Source: Malacoraja senta (Eukaryota). Taken from it: a DNA stretch of 55,572 bases. The stretch lies in the NCBI GenBank assembly GCA_038087875.1, contig JAXLNO010000276.1:1-55572 (forward strand). Direction: 5' to 3'. Of the stretch, positions 1 to 8,871 are shown in pieces; the stretch's first letter is position 1; each line of letters starts with the position of its first letter. The notes below the pieces were generated by a model that ran no database searches, was not told the DNA's origin, and saw only the letters and a program-made list of their open reading frames with translations. Made by a program: the position numbers and the translations under genes.

Positions 1-3000
1 ATTTACGGTGACCTTGCCGGAAATGTGGCGACCTTGCCGGATTTGTGGCGACCTTGCCGGATTTATGACGACCTTGCCGGGAATGTGGCGACCTTGCCGG
101 ATTTGTGCCGACCTTGCCGATTTATGGCGACCTTGCCGGAAATGTGGCGACCTTGCCGGAAATATGTCGACCTTGCCGCATTTGTGGCGACCTTGCAGGA
201 TTTATTGCGACCTCGCCGGAAAGATGTCGACCTTGCCGCATTTGTGGCGACCTTGCCGGATTTATGGAGACCTTGCTGGAAATATGGCGACCTTGCTGGA
301 AATATGGCGACCTTGCCGGAAATGTGGCGACCTTGCCGGATTTGTGGCGACTTTGCCGGATTCATGGCGACCTTGCCGGAAATGTGGCGATCTTGCCGCA
401 TTTGTGGCGACGATGCCGAATGTATGGCGACATTGCCGAAATGTTGCGATCTTGCCGGATTTGTGGCGACCTTGCCGGATTTATGGCGACCTTGTGGGAT
501 TTGTGGCGACCTTGCCGGATTCATGGCGACCTTGCCGGAAATGTGGCGATCTTGCCGCATTTGTGGCGACGATGCCGAATGTATGGCGACATTGCCGAAA
601 TGTTGCGACCTTGCCGGATTTGCGGCGACCTTGCCGGATCTTTGGCGACCTTGTCGGGAATGTGGCGACCTTGCCGGATTTGACGCCGCCTTGCGGGATT
701 TATGGCGACATTGCCGGAAATATGGCGACCTTGCCGGATTTGACGCAAACTTGCCGGATTTATGGCGACCTTGTCGGAAATATAGCGACCTTGCCGGATT
801 TCTGGCGACCTTGCAGGATTTATTGCGACCTTGCCGGAAAGATGTCGACCTTGCCGCATTTGTGGCGACCTTGCCGGTTTTATGGAGACCTTGCTGGAAA
901 TATGGCGACCTTGCCGGAAATGTGGCGACCTTGCCGGATTTGTGGCGACCTTGCCGGATTTATGGCGACCTTGCCGCAAATGTGGCGACCTTGTCGGATT
1001 TGTGGCGACCTTGCCGGATTTATGGCGACCTTGTGGGATTTGTGGCGACCTTGCCGGTTTTATGGCGACCTTGCCGGAAATGTGGCGACCTTGCCGGATT
1101 TATGGCGACCTTGCCGGATTTATGTCGACCTTGCCGGAAATGTGGCGACCTTGCCGGGTTTGTGGCGACCTTGCCGGATTTATGGCGCCATTGCTGGGAT
1201 TGTGGCGACCTTGCCGGATTTGAGGCTACCTTCCGGATTTATGGCGACCATGCCGGAAATATGGCTAACTTGCCGGATTTGTGGCGACCGTGCCGGAATT
1301 ATGGCGATCTTGCCGGAAATATGGCGACCTTGCCGTATCTGTGGCGACCTTGCCGGAAATATGGCGACCTTGCCGGATTTGTGGCGTCCTAGCGGGATTT
1401 ATGGCGACCTTGTCGGAAATATGGCGACCTCGTCGGATTTGTGGCGACCTTGCCAGGTTTATTGCGACCTTGCCGGAAATGTGGCGTCCTTGCCGGGTTT
1501 ATGGCGACCTTGTCGGATTTGTGACGAACTTGCCGGATTTATGGCGACCTTGCCGGAAATGTGGCGACCTTGCCGGATTTATGGCGACCTTGCCGAAATG
1601 TGGCGACCTTGCCGGATTTGTGCCGACCTTGATGATTTATGCCGACCTTGCCGGAAATATGGTGACCTTGTCGGATTTGTGGCGACCTTGCCAGATTTAT
1701 TGCGGACGCCGGAAATGTGGCGCCTTTGCCGGATTTGTGCTGGCCTTGCCGGATTTATGGTGACCTTGCCAGAAATGTGGCGACCTTGCCGGATTTGTGG
1801 CGACCTTGCCGGATTTATGGCGACCTTGCCGGAATGTGGCGACCTTGCCGGATTTGTGCCGACCTTGATGATTTATGCCGACCTTGCCGGAAATGTGGCG
1901 ACTTTGCCGGATTTGTGGCGAACTTGCCGGAAATGTGGCGACCTTGTGGGATTTGTGGCGACCTTGCCGGATTTATGGCGACCTTGGCGGAAATGTGGCG
2001 ACCTTGCCGGACTTGTGGCGTCCTTGCCGGATTCATGGCGACCTTGCCGGAAATGTAGCGACCTTATCGGGAATGTGGCGACCTTGCCGGATTTGACGCC
2101 ACCTTGCGGGATTTATGGCGACATTGCCGGAAATATGGCGACCTTGCCGGATTTGACGCAAACTTTCCGGATTTATGGCGACCTTGTCGGAAATATAGCG
2201 ACCCTGCCGGATTTTTGGCGACCTTGCCGGATTTGTGGCGACCTTGCCGGAAATGTGGTGACCTTGCCGGATATGCGGCGACCTTGCGGATTTATGGCGA
2301 CTTTGCCGGATTTATGGTGACCTTGCTGGAAATATGGCGACGTTGCCGCATTTGTGGCGACCTTGCCGGATTAATGGCGACCTTGCCGGAAATATGTCGA
2401 CCTTGCCGCATTTGTGGCGACCTCGCAGGATTTATTGCGACCTTGCCGGAAAGATGTCCACCTTGCCGCATTTGTGGCAACCTTGCCGGATTTATGGAGA
2501 CCTTGCTGGAAATATGGCGACCTTGCCGGAAATGTGGCGACCTTGCCGGATTTATGGCGACCTTGCCGGAAATATGTCGACCTTGCCGCATTTGTGGCGA
2601 CCTTGCAGGATTTATTGCGACCTTGCCGGAAATATGTCGACCTTGCCGCATTTGTGGCGACTTTGCCAGATTTATTGCGACCTTGCCGGAAATGTAGCGA
2701 CCTTGCCAGATTTGAGGCCACCTTGCCGGAATTATGGCGACCATGCCGGAAATATGGCGACCTTGCCGGATTTGTGGCGACCTTGCCGGAATTATGGCGA
2801 TCTTGCCGGAAATATGGCGACCTTGCCGTATCTGTGGCGACCTTACCGGAAATATGGCGACCTTGCCGGATTAGTGGCGACCTTGCCGGATTTATGGCGA
2901 CCTTGCCGGAAATATGGCGACATTGCCGGATTTGTGGCGACCTTGCGGGATTTATGGCTACCTTGCCGGAAATATGGCGACCTTGTCGGATTTGTGGCGA

Positions 3001-3198
3001 CCTTGCCAGATTTATTGCGTCCTTGCCGGAAATGTGGCGACCTTGCGAGATTTATGGCGACCTTGCCGGAAATATGGCGACCTTGTCGGATTTGTGGCGA
3101 CCTTGCCAGATTTATTGCCTCCTTGCCGGAAATGTGGCGACCTTGCCGGATTTGTGGCGACCTTGTAGGAAATATGGAGACCTTGCCGGATTTGTGGC
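1..3198. repeat. 20-bp satellite array segment (consensus GGCGACCTTGCCGGAWWTRT), open at window start
   Basis: Head-to-tail 20-nt monomers are directly visible, with occasional 19/21-nt indel variants. Confidence 0.99.
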
Positions 3199-4342
3199 AA
3201 GGCAAGGCAAGGCAAGGCAGATTTATTTGTATAGCACCATTCGTGCAAACAGCAACTCAAGGTGCTTTACAGGAAAGAAAAAATGAAATAGTCAATAAAT
3301 AAAAATTGGAAAATAAGCAATACGACAAATGTATGAATAATAAAACAAGGTCAATGAAGCAATAAAACAATTTTAAAAAGCATATAAAAGGGTTAAAATT
3401 AGACAGTTAAGGTTACCTGCATGTCAGGTTATGGAAAAGCTATAGTAAACAACAGTGTTTTAAGGCCTGATTTAAATGCGCTTACAGTCTGTGTACACCT
3501 CAGGTGTTCAGGGAGCTTGTTCCACAGGTGTGGAGCATAAAAACCGAATGCTGCTTCAGCCTTTTTAGTTCTGACCCTGGGAACACAGAGTAAACCTGTC
3601 CCTGAAGACCTGAGGAGCCTAGGCGCCTCATATACAACAAGTAGGTCAGAGATGTATTTTGGACCTAGACCATTCAGTGCCTTGCAGGTCAGTAACATAA
3701 TTTTAAAATCTATCCTCTTACACACAGGGAGCCAGTGCAAAGATTTAAGGACAGGTGTAATGTGGTCCATTTTCTTGGTGTTGGTCAGGACTGGCAGCGG
3801 CATTTTGGATCAGCTGCAGTTGTTTAATTGATTTTTTATTGAGACCTGTAAAGATGCCATTACAATAATCTAACCTACTAAAAATATATGCATGAACAAG
3901 GTTTTTAGTGTCTTCTTTGGACAGAAATCCCTTGATTCTTGCAATATTATTTAGATGCTAATAGGCAGATCTGGTAATGGTCTTTATATGGCTGTTAAAA
4001 TTCAAATCTGAGTCCATAACTACACCAAGGTTTCTGGCTTTGTCAGTGCAATTGAGTCGAGTTGAGCACTCACCTCTAGCCTTGTTTTTTTGGGACCAAA
4101 GACAATAATTTCTGTCTTATTTGCATTCAGCTGGAGGAAGTTCTGATTCATCCACTCATTGATATGTTTGACACATTGGCTCAGTGCGTGTAGGGGACTA
4201 TGGTCATGTGGTGACACTGCGATATATAGTTGTGTGTCATCGGCATAAGTGTGGTAAGATATGTTAAAATGCTCTATGATCTGAGCTAGGGGGAGCATTT
4301 AAATGTTGAACAAAATGGGTCCAAGAATGGAGCCCTGAGCCC
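3199..4342 (-). mobile_element. 5'-truncated L2-clade LINE, copy 1 (RT C-terminal half, 3' UTR, (CCTTG)n tail)
   Basis: Minus-strand translation gives QGSILGP, YADDTQLY, WMNQNFLQLNANKTE and DHITPVLKSLHWLPV, all typical of L2 ORF2. An AT-rich 3' UTR ends in a TGTAAAGCACCTTG...GGTGCTATACAAAT stem-loop. The tail reads (GGCAA)4 on + at 3196-3215. TGTGGC flanks both sides (possible TSD). Confidence 0.95.
3429..4342 (-). pseudogene. Disrupted L2 ORF2 reverse transcriptase remnant
   Basis: ORF-track fragments 4020..4298 and 3429..3803 are separated by frameshifts/stops. This copy has a 10-bp deletion relative to copy 2. The probable natural stop is at 3429-3431. Confidence 0.9.
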
Positions 4343-7300
4343 TGTGGCGACCTTGCCGTATTATGGCGATCGTGCCGGAAATATGGCGACCTTGCCGGAT
4401 TTCTGGCGACCTTGCCGGAAATATGGCGACCTTGTCGGATTTGTGGCGACGTTGCCAGATTTATTGCGACCTTGCCGGATTTGTGGCGACCTTGCCGGAT
4501 TTATGGCGACCTTGCCGAATTTATGGCGACCTTGCCGGAAATATGTCGACCTTGCCGCATTTGTGGCGACCTTGCCGGATTTATGGCGACTTTGCCGGAA
4601 ATATGGCGACCTAGCCGCATTTGTTGCGACATTACCGGATTTATGGCGACCTTTCCGGAAATATGGCGACCTTGCCGGGAATGTGGCGACCTTGCCGGAT
4701 TTGTGCCGACCTTGTCGCATTTGTGACGACCTTGCCGGATTTATGGCGACCTTGCCGGAAATGTGGCGACCTTGCCGGATTTGTGGCGACCTTGCCGGAT
4801 TAATGGCGTCCTTGCCGGAAATGTGGCGACCTTGCCGGATTTCTGGCGACCTTGTCGGATTTGTGACGACCTTGCCGGATTTATTGCGACGTTGCGGAAA
4901 TGCGGCGACCTTGCCTGAAATGTGGCGAGCTTGACGGATTTGTGGCGAACTTGCCGGATTTATGGCGACCTTGCCGGGGATGTGGCGACCTTGCCGTATT
5001 TGTGGCGACCTTGCCGGATTTATGGCGACCTTGTGGGATTTGTGGCGACGTTGCCGGATTTATGGCGACCTTTCCGGCTATGTGGCGACCTTGCCGGACT
5101 TGTGGCGACTTTACCGGAATCATGGCGACCTTGCCGGAAATGTGGCGACCTTGCCGGATATGTGGCGACGATGCCGGATTTATGGCGACCTTGCCGGAAT
5201 GTTGCGACCTTGCTGGATGTGTGGCGACCTTGCCGGATCTATGGCGACCTTGCCGGAAATGTGCCGACCTTGCCGGCTTTGACGCGACCTTGCCGAATTT
5301 ATGGCTACCTTGATTGAAATGTGGCGACCTTGCCGGATTTGTCGCCACCTGGCCGGATTTATGGCGACCTTGCCGGATTTGTGGCGACCTTGCCGGAAAT
5401 ATGGCGACCTTGCCGGATTTTTGGCGAACTTGCCGGATTTATGGCGACCTTGCCGGAATTACGGCTCGCTTGCCGGATTTGTGGCGACTTTGCCGGATTC
5501 ATGGCGTCCTTGCCGGAAATATGGCGATCTTGCCGGATATGTGGCGACCTTGCGGGATTTATGTCGACCTTGCCGGAAATATGTCGACCTTGTCGGATTT
5601 GTGGCGACCATGGCAGATTTGTTGCGACCTTGCCTGAAATGTGGCGACCTTGCCGGAATATATGGCGACCTTGCCGGAAATGTGGCGACCTTGCCGGATT
5701 TGTGGCGGCCGTGCCGGATTTATAGCGACCTTGCCGGAAATAGGCGACTGTCGGATTTGTGGCGACCTTGCCGGAATTATGGCGACCTTGCCGGATTTGT
5801 GGCGACCTTGCGGGATATATGGCGACCTTGCCGGATTTATGGCGACCTTGCCGGGAATATGGCGACCTTGCCGCATTTGTGGCGACCTTGCTGGATTTAT
5901 GGCGACCTTGCCGGAAATGTGGCGACCTTGCCGGATTTGTGGCGACCTTGCCGGATTAATGGCGTCAACGGAAATGTGGCGACCTTGCCGGATTTCTGGC
6001 GACCTTGTCGGATTTGTGACGACCTTGCCGGATTTATTGCGACGTTGCCGGAAATGCGGCGACCTTGCCTGAAATGTGGCGAGCTTGACGGATTTGTGGC
6101 GAACTTTCCGGATTTATGGCGACCTTGCCGGGGATGTGGCGACCTTGCCGTATTTGTGGCGACCTTACCGGATTTATGGCGTCCTTGTGGGATTTGTGGC
6201 GTCCTTGCCGGATTTATGGCGACCTTTCCGGAAATGTGGCGACCTTGCCGGACTTGTGGCGAATTTACCGGATTCATGGCGACCTTGCCGGAAATGTGGC
6301 GACCTTGCCGGATGTGTGGCGACGATGCCGGATTTATGGCGACCTTGCCTGAATTTTGCGACCTTGCTGGATGTGTGGCGACCTTGCCGGATCTATGGCG
6401 ACCTTGCCGGAAATGTGCCGACCTTGCCGGCTTTGACGCGACCTTGCCGAATTTATGGCTACCTTGATTGAAATGTGGCGACCTTGCCGGATTTGTCGCC
6501 ACCTGGCCGGATTTATGGCGACCTTGCCGGATTTGTGGCGACCTTGCCGGAGATATGGCGACCTTGCCGGATTTTGGCGACCTTGCCGGATTTATGGCGA
6601 CCTTGCCGGAATAATGGCTCGCTTGCCGGATTTGTGGCGACTATGCCGGATTCATGGCGTCCTTGCCGGAAATATGGCGATCTTGCCGGATATGTGGCGA
6701 CCTTGCGGGATTTATGTCGACCTTGCCGGAAATATGTCGACCTTGTCGGATTTGTGGCGACCTTGGCAGATTTGTTGCGACCTTGCCTGAAATGTGGCGA
6801 CCTTGCCGGAATATATGGCGCCCTTGCCGGAAATGTGGCGACCTTGCCGGATTTGTGGCGGCCGTGCCGGATTTATAGCGACCTTGCCGGAAATAGGCGA
6901 CTGTCGGATTTGTGGCGACCTTGCCGGATTTATGGCGACCTTGCTGGATTTGTGGCGACCTTGCGGGATATATGGCGACCTTGCCGGATTTATGGCGACC
7001 TTGCCGGGAATATGGCGACCTTGCCGCATTTGTGGCGACCTTGCTGGATTTATGGCGACCTTGCCGGAAATGTGGCGACCTTGCCGGATTTGTGGCGACC
7101 TTGCCGGATTAATGGCGTCGACGGAAATGTGGCGACCTTGCCGGATTTCTGGCGACCTTGTCGGATTTGTGACGACCTTGCCGGATTTATTGCGACGTTG
7201 CCGGAAATGCGGCGACCTTGCCTGAAATGTGGCGAGCTTGACGGATTTGTGGCGAACTTTCCGGATTTATGGCGACCTTGCCGGGGATGTGGCGACCTTG

Positions 7301-8598
7301 CCGTATTTGTGGCGACCTTACCGGATTTATGGCGACCTTGTGGGATTTGTGGCGTCCTTGCCGGATTTATGGCGACCTTTCCGGAAAGGTGGCGACCTTG
7401 CCGGACTTGTGGCGAATTTACCGGATTCATGGCGACCTTGCCGGAAATGTGGCGACCTTACCGGATGTGTGGCGACGATGCCGGATTTATGGCGACCTTG
7501 CCTGAATTTTGCGACCTTGCTGGATGTGTGGCGACCTTGCCGGATCTATGGCGACCTTGCCGGAAATGTGCCGACCTTGCCGGCTTTGACGCGACCTTGC
7601 CGAATTTATGGCTACCTTGATTGAAATGTGGCGACCTTGCCGGATTTGTCGCCACCTGGCCGGATTTATGGCGACCTTGCCGGATTTGTGGCGACCTTGC
7701 CGGAGATATGGCGACCTTGCCGGATTTTGGCGACCTTGCCGGATTTATGGCGACCTTGCCGGAATAATGGCTCGCTTGCCGGATTTGTGGCGACTATGCC
7801 GGATTCATGGCGACCTTGCCGGATTTGTGGCGACCTTGCGGGATATATGGCGACCTTGCCGGATTTATGGCGACCTTGCCGTGAATATGGCGACCTTGCC
7901 GCATTTGTGGCGACCTTGCTGGATTTATGGCGACCTTGCCGGAAATATGCCGAGCTTGCCGCCTTTGTGCCGACTTTGCCTGATTTAAGGCGACTTTGCC
8001 GGAAATATGTCGACCTTGCCGCATTTGTGGCTACCTTACCAGATTGATGGCGCCCTTGCCGGAAATATGGCGACCTTGCCGTAAATGTGGCGACCTTGCC
8101 GGATTTGTGGCGACCTTGCCGGATTTATGGCGACCTTGCCGGGAATGTGGCGACCTTGCCGGATTTGTGGCGACCTTGCCGGATTTATGGCGACCTCTCC
8201 GGAAATGTGGTGACCTTGCCGGATTTATGGCGACCTTGCCGGATTTATGGCGACCTTGCCGGAAATCTGGCGACCTTGCCTGAAATGTGGCGACCTTGAC
8301 GGATTTGTGGCGAATTTGTCGGATTTATGGCGACCTTGCCGGGGATGTGGCGGCCATCCCGGATTTGTGGCGACCTTGTCAGATTTCTGGCGACCTTGCC
8401 GTAATTGTGGCGACCTTTCCGTATTTGTGGCGACCTTACCGGATTAAGGCGACCTTGCCGCAAATGTGGCGACCTTGCCGGATTTGTGGCGACCTTGCCT
8501 GATTTATGGCGACCTTGCGGGATTTGTGGCTACCTTGCCGGATTTATGGCGACCTTGCCGGATTTATGGCGACCTTGCCGGGGATGTGGCGACCTTGC
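4343..8598. repeat. 20-bp satellite array segment containing ~1153-bp higher-order repeats
   Basis: The variant marker TGATTGAAATG recurs at 5311, 6465 and 7618 (spacing 1154 and 1153). Confidence 0.99.
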
Positions 8599-8802
8599 TG
8601 TAAAGAATCTATAACGAGGCATCGTTACTTTACTACCTTTATTCATACTGGAGCATTACACATTGCACTAGCTGTACGTGGTCTGTCACAGGAACTAGAG
8701 AGCGATCTGTGGGTGGGGAGGTTGTAGATATACTTGTGATATGGGGAGTGGTTAGTGGGTATGAGGTCACTATGTTAAAGGCACATGCATATCTCATCTA
8801 CA
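8599..8802 (-). repeat. 3' LTR (204 bp)
   Basis: Reads TGTAAAGAATC...CATCTACA on +. It differs from the other LTR at 3 positions. AATAAA lies on the minus strand at about 8638-8643. Confidence 0.97.
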
Positions 8803-8814
8803 TCTTTCCTCTTC
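8803..8814 (-). promoter_or_regulatory. Polypurine tract (GAAGAGGAAAGA)
   Basis: Purine run directly abutting the 3' LTR on the minus strand. Confidence 0.9.
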
Positions 8815-8871
8815 GAAACGACAGGCAAATACAATGGTGACATGGCGACCACGGCTCATGCGCTAGGATAG

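Noticed and set aside
3196..3215. (GGCAA)4 as an independent microsatellite or a satellite inversion
   Set aside because: It directly follows the L2 3' stem-loop and is the LINE tail. No inverted satellite monomers were seen anywhere in the window.
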